Source: a virus (Duplodnaviria > Caudoviricetes). From it: 64,000 nt of DNA. Under the pieces are notes generated by a model. That model was not told the DNA's origin. It searched no databases and saw nothing but the letters and a program-made list of their open reading frames with translations. Shown one piece after another: positions 26,738 through 34,160 of this stretch (position 1 is its first letter; each line of letters starts with the position of its first letter). The position numbers and the translations under genes were made by a program. Location: IMG/VR virus record IMGVR_UViG_3300050645_000186, positions 13,147-77,146 of that record. One strand, written 5' to 3'.

Positions 26738-28862
26738 TGTCATCATCCTCCTCAATTCCGGTGTTTTGTAAACTGTTGTAGTCGATCTGGTAATCAACGG
26801 CTATATTTTTCAAATCGGTAACACAGGCAGGGTTTTCTGCGCCTAAACCAAACTGAATCGCTCTTGATAATTCACCGATAATAATCGACATAGACTTTGG
26901 CGTTTCTTCAGATTCGACCACGGGAACCGTAATCGCATCATAAAGATGTGCGAAGAGCTTACCTGGTGAATTTCTTAGAATCCTACCTCTGCGCTGAATG
27001 AATTCTCTTGGATTCTGTGAAGACGCAAGAATCAAAGCGTGTGTGGTAGAAGGAATATCAATACCTTCATCCAAGCACTTAATCGAAACCAAGACGCCGC
27101 CGTTCTTAGAAAAGTATCGGAGCGTCTCGTCTCGATCACCTTCCATATCTGCATAGTATTCAAATGCATCAAAACCAGCGTCAATCGCACCGTTCAATAC
27201 ACTCTTTAACTGTGTGATATTGTCGCAATAGATAATCCAACTCTGGCCTACCACATATTCTCTAAGCAAGAGATTGATGGCCAAGGGAACTTTACCAGAT
27301 GCATTCTTGACAATACGCGCTCTGTTAATCAACAATTGCTTCAAGCGTGTGTTGGAGGTAATACTCGTATCTGAATTTCCATTAGCTTTCATACGAGCCA
27401 TAAGCTGACTTATCTGTTTTGTAATATCGTTCCATTCTTCCTGCTCATTTTGTGTGAGGGTAATGGTGAGTGGGTTATAAAAATACTTTGTTAAAACGCC
27501 GCTTTTTATTGCGTCATCCAATGTATAGGGTGGTGGTACGAGACCGCCAAAATAATCAAAGAGCGCAGACGTTCCTTCGGGATCTCCATATCTGCGTGGC
27601 GTGGCAGATAAGCCCAACCTTGCACCTGCATCTATATTTAAGGCGTTACGTCTCCGTGGGCTTCCCAATCTATGTACTTCGTCAGCCACGACAAACAGAT
27701 GATTACCATGCGATACATTTTTTACAAAATCATCTGAGCAGGCTGTATCCATAGTTGCAAGAATAATGCGATGAGTTGAACCTCCATCACTTGTCCAAGA
27801 TGCCAAAGTTCCGGGCTTTTTCCACTCGTTATTGTTATCCCCGCAAAGAAGATAGTATATTTTATCTTCGAGCAAGGTTTCCCTCAATTCTCGATCCCAT
27901 TGTTTTAATAGGTCTCTTGATGGGACTAAAATCAGTACGACTTCATTTCTCTTAAAAGCATCATGGATTGCACACATGGCAGTGAAAGTTTTTCCGCTGC
28001 CTGTAGCATGTTCAAAAATGCCTCGGCGATTATTCTTTACCCATGCTTCAAGGGCATTTACTTGATGCGGACGGGGTGTGCGGCTGCCAACATGATTACT
28101 TGGTTTCCACTTTTTTGCCTTGTTTTCTTCTACATGGATTTCATCCAGTAATTCGTGCCATTTTACTCCCTCCGCTTTAGTTCGTAATATTTCTTTAGAG
28201 GCACTCGGGAATTGATACACAATAATTCCTGAAACGGATTCTGACCATAGCTTTTCAAAAAATACTGATGCGTCATCAACTCGTTCGGCATCGCGGCTAT
28301 CGAGCCAATCCGGAAATACATCAATAGACTCCATGTTTCCATCGGAAGATAGTCCTCTGTACGTTTCATTCATTGAACCACGGAAGCCCACTTTATTACC
28401 ATCGGAATCCGTGAAAATACCGACTTTGTCGTGAAACAGTCTCCTTGCATTTGGTGATTCTTTGCCAGTTGGAACAGCGATTTTTACATCAATAATGCCT
28501 TTTGAAATCATATATGCAAGTAGCTTTGCTGGAGCAGATAAAAAAGGATCATCAAATAAGGTCTGCACTTCTTTTGCAAGCGACTCCGCGAGCAATTCAT
28601 CATTTTTCGCAGAGTAGCCATTAGCTAACGCAGTGGCATCTTCATCAGATACATACGGTGAACATATCAAGCGCATCTTACCATTGTTATCGATAAATTC
28701 CCGTAAAGCATCCCAGGCAATAATGTAGATTGTGCTTCCAAAATACCCGGAGATTCTATCGTAACGGCTTGAGTGCCTCATGCATGGAAGATAAAACATA
28801 TCAGCTATGTCATGCTCGGCCTTATTATAAGAAGTAAGATATGTTTGTTCCTTAAGACTCAT
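26730..28862 (-). CDS. PLD-family nuclease + SF2 (DEAH) helicase fusion (PbeA-like)
   Basis: HDKVGIFTD...GSMNET (HxK...GSxN); ATGSGKT; ADEVH; LSAT; LDEGIDIP; QRRGRILR. Confidence 0.88.
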   Translation of the reverse strand: MSLKEQTYLTSYNKAEHDIADMFYLPCMRHSSRYDRISGYFGSTIYIIAWDALREFIDNNGKMRLICSPYVSDEDATALANGYSAKNDELLAESLAKEVQTLFDDPFLSAPAKLLAYMISKGIIDVKIAVPTGKESPNARRLFHDKVGIFTDSDGNKVGFRGSMNETYRGLSSDGNMESIDVFPDWLDSRDAERVDDASVFFEKLWSESVSGIIVYQFPSASKEILRTKAEGVKWHELLDEIHVEENKAKKWKPSNHVGSRTPRPHQVNALEAWVKNNRRGIFEHATGSGKTFTAMCAIHDAFKRNEVVLILVPSRDLLKQWDRELRETLLEDKIYYLLCGDNNNEWKKPGTLASWTSDGGSTHRIILATMDTACSDDFVKNVSHGNHLFVVADEVHRLGSPRRRNALNIDAGARLGLSATPRRYGDPEGTSALFDYFGGLVPPPYTLDDAIKSGVLTKYFYNPLTITLTQNEQEEWNDITKQISQLMARMKANGNSDTSITSNTRLKQLLINRARIVKNASGKVPLAINLLLREYVVGQSWIIYCDNITQLKSVLNGAIDAGFDAFEYYADMEGDRDETLRYFSKNGGVLVSIKCLDEGIDIPSTTHALILASSQNPREFIQRRGRILRNSPGKLFAHLYDAITVPVVESEETPKSMSIIIGELSRAIQFGLGAENPACVTDLKNIAVDYQIDYNSLQNTGIEEDDDND

Positions 28863-29385
28863 ATGTACCTCCAAGTAGTTCTTCGTGCATGATATCCATA
28901 CGACGAATTATGGCATCGTACAAAAACTGAGGGCGAGCACATACAATACGCTCATTATTTTTTCTCGTTGTTTCAGATACCTTTGTGCAAAGAGCTTCAA
29001 CAATCACATCAGCCTTAACTTGCATATTGCAACTATATGCAAAATCAAGATGTTTTTCAGCATCCCAAAAAGCAAAAACAATATCTTCGCCGTCCCGTAC
29101 TAATGCACCAATAATAGGCATGCGCCCATCAGAATAGTCAAGATGTCCACGTTCTCCATGCTTTTGACCAGGAAGGATTATTTGAATCTTATATTCGCCT
29201 AAAGCACGACCGCCAGGAGGATTTGTGCAGTTCCATAAGTAAACACGCAGACGTAAGCTTCTTGGACATAAATCCACAAGAAGAGGAAATGATGTCGTGT
29301 CACTATGCCAAGTGACATGATCATCGAGTCCCTCAATGAAAATAGTATTCAATGCTTTTTTACTAAGTCTCTTTTTCTTTGCCAT
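28852..29385 (-). CDS. Uncharacterised 177-aa methylase-associated protein
   Basis: AGGAGG RBS; coupled to both neighbours; RVYLWN...EYKIQI...FAFWDA...S.NMQV...R.NNE resembles, from memory only, the methylase-associated X1 domain. Confidence 0.6.
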   Translation of the reverse strand: MAKKKRLSKKALNTIFIEGLDDHVTWHSDTTSFPLLVDLCPRSLRLRVYLWNCTNPPGGRALGEYKIQIILPGQKHGERGHLDYSDGRMPIIGALVRDGEDIVFAFWDAEKHLDFAYSCNMQVKADVIVEALCTKVSETTRKNNERIVCARPQFLYDAIIRRMDIMHEELLGGTYES

Positions 29386-30232
29386 TATCATGTCCTCCTG
29401 CGATAGAGCGAAGAAGAGAAGCCGCATGTTCTACATATTCTTCTACAACATCAAACCCAACAAAGCGCCGCCCGAGAGACAAAGCTGCATATCCTGTGGT
29501 ACCACTTCCCATCCAAGGATCAACCACTAAGTCGTTTTCTGCTGTTGTAGCTTTTATATATTTTTGTGGCAGATACAACGGCTGCGTGGCTGGATGGTCA
29601 TCAATTCGAGCCGATACCCCTCCGCTTATAATATTCTTTGGTAATGCGCCCAATGGGTTTGGGGCTATTCGTTTATTTTTGCGAACGTATGTGTTGCCGT
29701 TTGAACGGGGCTTGTATTCGTAGGTTTCGTATGTTTGAACACTATGGGATTCATAAGGCCTTCGTATTGCGTCAATATTTATTGTCCATTTAGAGGATTT
29801 TGAAAACCATAGATTCTGTTCATAAGCATCTTGGCAGGCTACCCGAAGTCCCGTGGGTACAGGATTCTCTTTTACCCAAATCTCGATATCAACACAATGC
29901 AATCCCCACGTTTCTTCCATTTCTATTGCGAGTTTTTCTATTACCAATGAACGTTTGGACGAACATTTGGATGTTGATTTCTCCCTGTTCGCTTTAACAT
30001 TTATCACAATAAAGCCATCATCGCGTAGTTTTAAACAAGCTGAATCCAAAAATGGTGACATTTTTCTTATATATTCAGACGATCGCCATACTCCATATTC
30101 ACGTTCTGCATTGGGATATGGAGGTGAACCATAAATGAGTTTTATGGATTTATCTGGAAGCAGAAGCATTCCTTTTGCGCCATCCATTCGTCGGACTGCG
30201 TAGTTGCTCTTATTTATCTCCTGTATTATCAT
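29363..30232 (-). CDS. Beta-class DNA methyltransferase B (SPPY; likely N4-cytosine)
   Basis: GSPPY; HPATQP; DPWMGSGTTG; FVGFD. Confidence 0.9.
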   Translation of the reverse strand: MIIQEINKSNYAVRRMDGAKGMLLLPDKSIKLIYGSPPYPNAEREYGVWRSSEYIRKMSPFLDSACLKLRDDGFIVINVKANREKSTSKCSSKRSLVIEKLAIEMEETWGLHCVDIEIWVKENPVPTGLRVACQDAYEQNLWFSKSSKWTINIDAIRRPYESHSVQTYETYEYKPRSNGNTYVRKNKRIAPNPLGALPKNIISGGVSARIDDHPATQPLYLPQKYIKATTAENDLVVDPWMGSGTTGYAALSLGRRFVGFDVVEEYVEHAASLLRSIAGGHDNGKEKET

Positions 30233-31136
30233 CGGCAACCTCTTCTTGTAAATCCTTTTCATATTGCAATCTCAGAGCGGCAAGACGGCAATAATCAGAA
30301 TTAGCATCAATGCCAATCCATATGCGGTTAAGTCGTTGTGCCACAGCAGCAGTGGTGCCAGAGCCTGAAAATGGATCGAGTACAACATCTCCTGCAGAAC
30401 TTCCAGCAAGAATAAAAAATTCTGCCAGTTTTTCGGGGAAACGTGCAGGGTGGCCAATTCCCTCTTCTTTACATAACTTCATAAAATAATCATTACTGCT
30501 TGTGTTTGCAATTTCAATTACTGTTCCAGGGTCTGAACCACCGTTATCGGTCCACACCTTCTCACAATCGAAATTATGTGTGCTGGGACGTGTATTGTAG
30601 TTTCGATCTCCCTTTCCTTTGCCCTGAAGATATTTTTTCATATCTTTACTGTACGGCTTTCTGATTGGATCCATATTAAATTCCCATGTGTCACCCTTTG
30701 CCAACCAAAAGCAATATTCGTGTGATTTTTTAGTGCGACCATAACCTCCCCTAGAATATACATTTGGAGGAGTCGCAGGATTATACCATATATAGTCGCG
30801 TACAAGATGAAACCCAATTTCTTTACATAATTTCAATAAAAGCTCAAATACATATAGGTGCTGAAAGTTATCTACAACTTTATCGCTGATATTAAGAACG
30901 AAACTGCCATCGTCCTTAAGGATCCGATGCATTTCCCTTGCTTTTGGAATAAACCAATCAACATATTCATCAGGTGGAATCGTGCCATCTACATCGCCAT
31001 AATCACGTTTATCTGCATAGGGAGGAGATGTTAGTATAAGATCAATACTCGAATCTGGTATAGTTTGTAAAACAGTTTCACAGTCACCACATATAAATTT
31101 ATCACGAAACGTGTTTAGCGTTTTTTTCTTTTTCAT
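30210..31136 (-). CDS. Beta-class DNA methyltransferase A (SPPY; likely N4-cytosine)
   Basis: GDC; LTSPPY; HPARFP; DPFSGSGTT; WIGID. Confidence 0.92.
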   Translation of the reverse strand: MKKKKTLNTFRDKFICGDCETVLQTIPDSSIDLILTSPPYADKRDYGDVDGTIPPDEYVDWFIPKAREMHRILKDDGSFVLNISDKVVDNFQHLYVFELLLKLCKEIGFHLVRDYIWYNPATPPNVYSRGGYGRTKKSHEYCFWLAKGDTWEFNMDPIRKPYSKDMKKYLQGKGKGDRNYNTRPSTHNFDCEKVWTDNGGSDPGTVIEIANTSSNDYFMKLCKEEGIGHPARFPEKLAEFFILAGSSAGDVVLDPFSGSGTTAAVAQRLNRIWIGIDANSDYCRLAALRLQYEKDLQEEVADDNTGDK

Positions 31137-31138
31137 TG

Positions 31139-31381
31139 TTACACCTTTTCATTTTCGTTATTAAGTTGCTCTTTGTCATCCAATGAAATTTCCATTATAT
31201 CCGAAATATCACACTTAAGCGCATCGCATATTTTCAAAAGCACATCGGTCGTTAGATTTTCATTTTTTGATAGCTTTGCCATAGAAGCAGTACTAATACC
31301 TGTCGCTTCTCGCAAGTCTTTTCTTTTCATATCTTTATCAATTAAAAGTTTCCAAAGCTTTTTATAACTGACAGTAGACAT
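31139..31381 (-). CDS. Xre/Cro-type HTH regulator heading the operon (controller-like)
   Basis: SYKKLWKLLIDKDM...ISTASMAKLSKNE...LLKICDALKCDISDIM. Confidence 0.88.
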   Translation of the reverse strand: MSTVSYKKLWKLLIDKDMKRKDLREATGISTASMAKLSKNENLTTDVLLKICDALKCDISDIMEISLDDKEQLNNENEKV

Positions 31382-31426
31382 TTTCTACCCCTTCCAATTT
31401 ATTATCGCATAGCTTTAAGAGCATAT

Positions 31427-31445
31427 CGCAAAATAATATTTTGCG
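31427..31445. promoter_or_regulatory. Palindromic operator of the defence operon
   Basis: CGCAAAATA-A-TATTTTGCG, just downstream of the minus-strand -10. Confidence 0.65.
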
Positions 31446-31455
31446 TTCACATATA

Positions 31456-31484
31456 ATTATACGGATTTTTATCGAATAAGTCAA
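31456..31484 (-). promoter_or_regulatory. Sigma70 promoter of the defence operon
   Basis: Minus strand TTGACT-N17-TATAAT. Confidence 0.75.
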
Positions 31485-31539
31485 TAATTTTTAGAAACAT
31501 CTCGGGGGTTATCTATAATATTTTATTTTAGAAGCTCTC

Positions 31540-31568
31540 TTGACATTGACCCAAAAAAGATGTACACT
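31540..31568 (+). promoter_or_regulatory. Sigma70 promoter of the HTH/ImmA pair
   Basis: TTGACA-N17-TACACT. Confidence 0.7.
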
Positions 31569-31570
31569 AT

Positions 31571-31590
31571 TGTTAGCTGTTTAGCTAACA
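31571..31590. promoter_or_regulatory. Palindromic operator, copy 1
   Basis: TGTTAGCT-gttt-AGCTAACA at the predicted transcription start. Confidence 0.75.
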
Positions 31591-31622
31591 GATAACAGAT
31601 ATTTAAAGTTGGAGGTGTCACA

Positions 31623-31997
31623 ATGGAAATTGGAAATAAATCCTTTGGTGAATTACTTACTTTTTTCAGAGAAAAGAAAGATGTAACATTAAGGGAACTG
31701 GCCAGAGGGATTGGCGTTTCCGCACCATTCTTAAGTGATGTTGAAAAAGGAAGGCGCGCTGCCTTGACAGCTGAGCGCATAGAAAAGGTTGTTGTTGTTC
31801 TGCATTTAGATGAAGAGGAAGCAACAGCCCTGTATAATGCAGCCGGGAAACAGAAAAACTCAATTCCTCCAGATTTACCGGAATATATTATGGAACATGA
31901 GTACGTCAGCGCAGCTCTTCGCACAGCCCGCGATCTTGATGCAAGCGAGGAAGAATGGCAGCGATTTGTGGATGATCTGAGGAGGCGAAAAGGATAA
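31623..31997 (+). CDS. Xre-family HTH repressor (ImmR/CI-like)
   Basis: FGELL..FRE...TLRELARGIGVSAPFLSDVEKGRR. Confidence 0.9.
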   Translation: MEIGNKSFGELLTFFREKKDVTLRELARGIGVSAPFLSDVEKGRRAALTAERIEKVVVVLHLDEEEATALYNAAGKQKNSIPPDLPEYIMEHEYVSAALRTARDLDASEEEWQRFVDDLRRRKG

Positions 31998-32000
31998 GGC

Positions 32001-32741
32001 ATGTTTAAACCAGAATTGAGGTATTCTAATACCGGAATTCCTATAATATCAAACGCAGAGATTGATACAATAGGAGAACGAATGATAGTAGATTTTGATA
32101 GTTCTTCTTTATTTAATCCGCACGCAATTGATATTGAAAGATTTGTAGACAAATACCTAAAAATGCCGATTGAATTTATGTACTTATCTCACTGTGGTGT
32201 TTATCTTGGCACGACAGTATTTCAGACGACAAATCGTCTTCCCATTTACATTCCAGAAGAAAATCGAGCAGATTATGCTCATGTAGAGGCTGGCACAATT
32301 GTAATTGATGGCAGTCTTGATAGTGAAAATCAAGAGCATCGTCTGCGTTTCACACTCGGTCATGAAGGCGGACATGGCATTTTTCACCCATCCTATTTTC
32401 TTAATACAATAGGTTCCAGTGAGAGAGATAACACTGGAATATATGTGAGATGTCGTTCGGATTTTAAGGCATCTTGGCAAAATCTCAATGGCTTTCATAA
32501 TATGTCTGATGCCGAACGAGTTGAACAACAGGCTAATCGCTTTTCTGCTGCTGTTTTAATGCCTAAAAGTGCTGTTAAAATTCTACTTGCAGGAAAGCCG
32601 TATGACGGGACGACGGAGTGGATTATTTCTTCGATGACCCAGATTAGCGATACTTTTAACGTTTCTAAAGAAGCAGCTTTTTATCGTCTAAAGGGACTTG
32701 AAATTATAGATGATTATAAAAAAATACCAATTGTAATGTAA
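32001..32741 (+). CDS. ImmA/IrrE-family metallopeptidase
   Basis: RLRFTLGHEGGH (HExxH); EQQANRFSAAVLMP. Confidence 0.88.
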   Translation: MFKPELRYSNTGIPIISNAEIDTIGERMIVDFDSSSLFNPHAIDIERFVDKYLKMPIEFMYLSHCGVYLGTTVFQTTNRLPIYIPEENRADYAHVEAGTIVIDGSLDSENQEHRLRFTLGHEGGHGIFHPSYFLNTIGSSERDNTGIYVRCRSDFKASWQNLNGFHNMSDAERVEQQANRFSAAVLMPKSAVKILLAGKPYDGTTEWIISSMTQISDTFNVSKEAAFYRLKGLEIIDDYKKIPIVM

Positions 32742-32776
32742 AAAATATATGGCGAGAAGGCGCTATATATTTTTTT
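32741..32776. terminator. Hairpin after the peptidase (possibly a bidirectional terminator)
   Basis: AAAAAATATATGGCG-agaagg-CGCTATATATTTTTT. Confidence 0.55.
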
Positions 32777-32784
32777 ACCCAATA

Positions 32785-32804
32785 TGTTAGCTGTTAAGCT
32801 AACA
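32785..32804. promoter_or_regulatory. Palindromic operator, copy 2
   Basis: TGTTAGCT-gtta-AGCTAACA upstream of the early gene block. Confidence 0.75.
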
Positions 32805-32825
32805 GCTACTAAGAAAGGAGATACT

Positions 32826-32993
32826 ATGAATAAAAAAACAAAGTCTCTTAGATGCCCTTGCTGTGGCAAGAGGGCCTGCGACATTTCGGATATTCCCAAG
32901 GAAAAAATTTATATTGAAATGAAATGCCCTCAGTGTCACAACATTGTAAGAATATGGTGTGACAAAGCATCAGTAAAAACCATAAGTTTATAA
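32826..32993 (+). CDS. Small zinc-ribbon protein (55 aa)
   Basis: AGAAAGGAG RBS; CPCCG...CPQC. Confidence 0.7.
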   Translation: MNKKTKSLRCPCCGKRACDISDIPKEKIYIEMKCPQCHNIVRIWCDKASVKTISL

Positions 32994-33009
32994 ATTATTG
33001 TCTATTCAT

Positions 33010-33149
33010 ACCGAGCAACGGAGTCGATTGCGAACTACCAAATGGCCGGATGATTTTGAAACGTAAGGTTTCATAGTCATCTGGCCATTTACGTTTCAAA
33101 ATCGGCTCTTTGCGTTTGTTCCTGACTCCTCTCGGTCACGCCGAAGGCG
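33010..33149 (+). ncRNA. Candidate structured leader RNA with mutually exclusive stems
   Basis: 14-bp stem 33040-33053/33077-33090; perfect 15-bp alternative stem 33052-33066/33089-33103; closing stems 33010-33025/33124-33136. Confidence 0.45.
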
Positions 33150-33163
33150 AGAAAGGAACAAAA

Positions 33164-33781
33164 ATGTCGAGAAACAACGATTCAAAGAAACGCAAGAGCA
33201 ACTACAACCGCAACCGTACCTGCTACCTGTCCTCGGACGGAAAATATTACTGTTACGAGGCTTGGGATCCAGACGCTAAACGCATGGTTACGCAAAAACT
33301 GGAGGTCGGCAAAGACCTGTCACTGGAACTGACGCTTATCCTCGATTCCTCTGACCATGACATGGATTTGAATGACCGTTACCAGGACGAACTGTGCGAT
33401 CCCTTGTTTGAGGCAAAGGCCAACAGCTACATATCGGATCCAAATAACGAGGATGCCGTAGATCCCTGGGATGCGATTGCCGACAAGAGCGGCAGCCCGG
33501 AAGACGCACTGTTCGCCGGGCCGGAGCCGGAGAATCCTCAGGCAGAACAAGTGCGCCGCATCATTGATGAGAACTGTACCGAAGCACAGCAGGATTTCTT
33601 TTTTGAGCATTTCGGCAAGGGTACGCAGCTTGAGGAGATGCGCCAGGCTGAAGCCGAGCAGACGGGCAAGCTGCCGTCCTCTGCGGCAATGACCAACCGC
33701 AAAAACAAAATTATTGATAAGGTCGCCAAATCCTTCGGTGTTGAGCGTGTGAAACGCCATGCTTACCCGAAAAAGGACTGA
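33164..33781 (+). CDS. Sigma-factor-like protein (region 4-like HTH at C-terminus)
   Basis: DHDMDLNDRYQ; CTEAQQDFF...LEEM...SSAAMTNRKNKIIDKV; first large early gene. Confidence 0.55.
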   Translation: MSRNNDSKKRKSNYNRNRTCYLSSDGKYYCYEAWDPDAKRMVTQKLEVGKDLSLELTLILDSSDHDMDLNDRYQDELCDPLFEAKANSYISDPNNEDAVDPWDAIADKSGSPEDALFAGPEPENPQAEQVRRIIDENCTEAQQDFFFEHFGKGTQLEEMRQAEAEQTGKLPSSAAMTNRKNKIIDKVAKSFGVERVKRHAYPKKD

Positions 33782-33836
33782 GCCGTGAACGGCGGCAGAT
33801 ACGGCGGTCGGAGTCCTCCCCGGCCGCTCCCCTCTT

Positions 33837-33865
33837 GGGGGATTGAATTTCTCGGCAGTGAGTGA
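33837..33865 (+). promoter_or_regulatory. GGGGG(A)TTGAATTTC...AGTGA motif, copy 1
   Basis: Near-identical motif at 35605-35632; both precede early genes. Confidence 0.5.
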
Positions 33866-33923
33866 GGAAGGAAATACATTCATCCTCCTCAGCAAGGCCA
33901 ATCAGGGACAGGAGGACCAATAC

Positions 33924-34160
33924 ATGAAAATGCAACACAAAGTACGAATCAATATTGCCGACAGGAACGGCAATAAAAAGGAAGTTTTGCAGAGCGAACA
34001 TATCAGCCTGCCGAAAAGGCTGCTCACCTTTCTTTTTGGGGAATTTTGCGAAATCCTCGTGCTGAAGCCGGGTAAAACCGTGCAGGGCATTGAGATCAAA
34101 GAATTAGGCTCCACGCAAAAGGAAGTATGCACGGATAAGCGGGGTGAGCGGAATGCCTGA
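33924..34160 (+). CDS. Conserved small phage protein (78 aa)
   Basis: AGGAGG RBS; MQHKVRINIAD...RLLTFLFGE. Confidence 0.7.
   Translation: MKMQHKVRINIADRNGNKKEVLQSEHISLPKRLLTFLFGEFCEILVLKPGKTVQGIEIKELGSTQKEVCTDKRGERNA

Larger units (their letters stand above)
24164..31381 (-). other. 8-gene defence-like operon: HTH, 2 MTases, X, PLD-helicase, small, ABC ATPase, small (methylase-coupled PbeABCD-like)
   Basis: All minus strand with overlapping or abutting stops and starts, strong RBSs, lower GC than flanking phage genes, a single upstream promoter. Confidence 0.8.

Noticed and set aside
24533-28862. Lamassu, Wadjet, DISARM or type III RM
   Set aside because: No kleisin/KITE/JetD genes, no DUF1998 partner, no separate Lamassu-type effector; MTases lack the long type III Mod architecture. 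Only HMM searches can exclude these completely
23889-33000. Independent ICE/IME or transposon carrying the defence genes
   Set aside because: No relaxase, T4SS, transposase or own integrase, and no target duplication between cargo and the prophage 2 regulatory region; simplest reading is left-end prophage cargo
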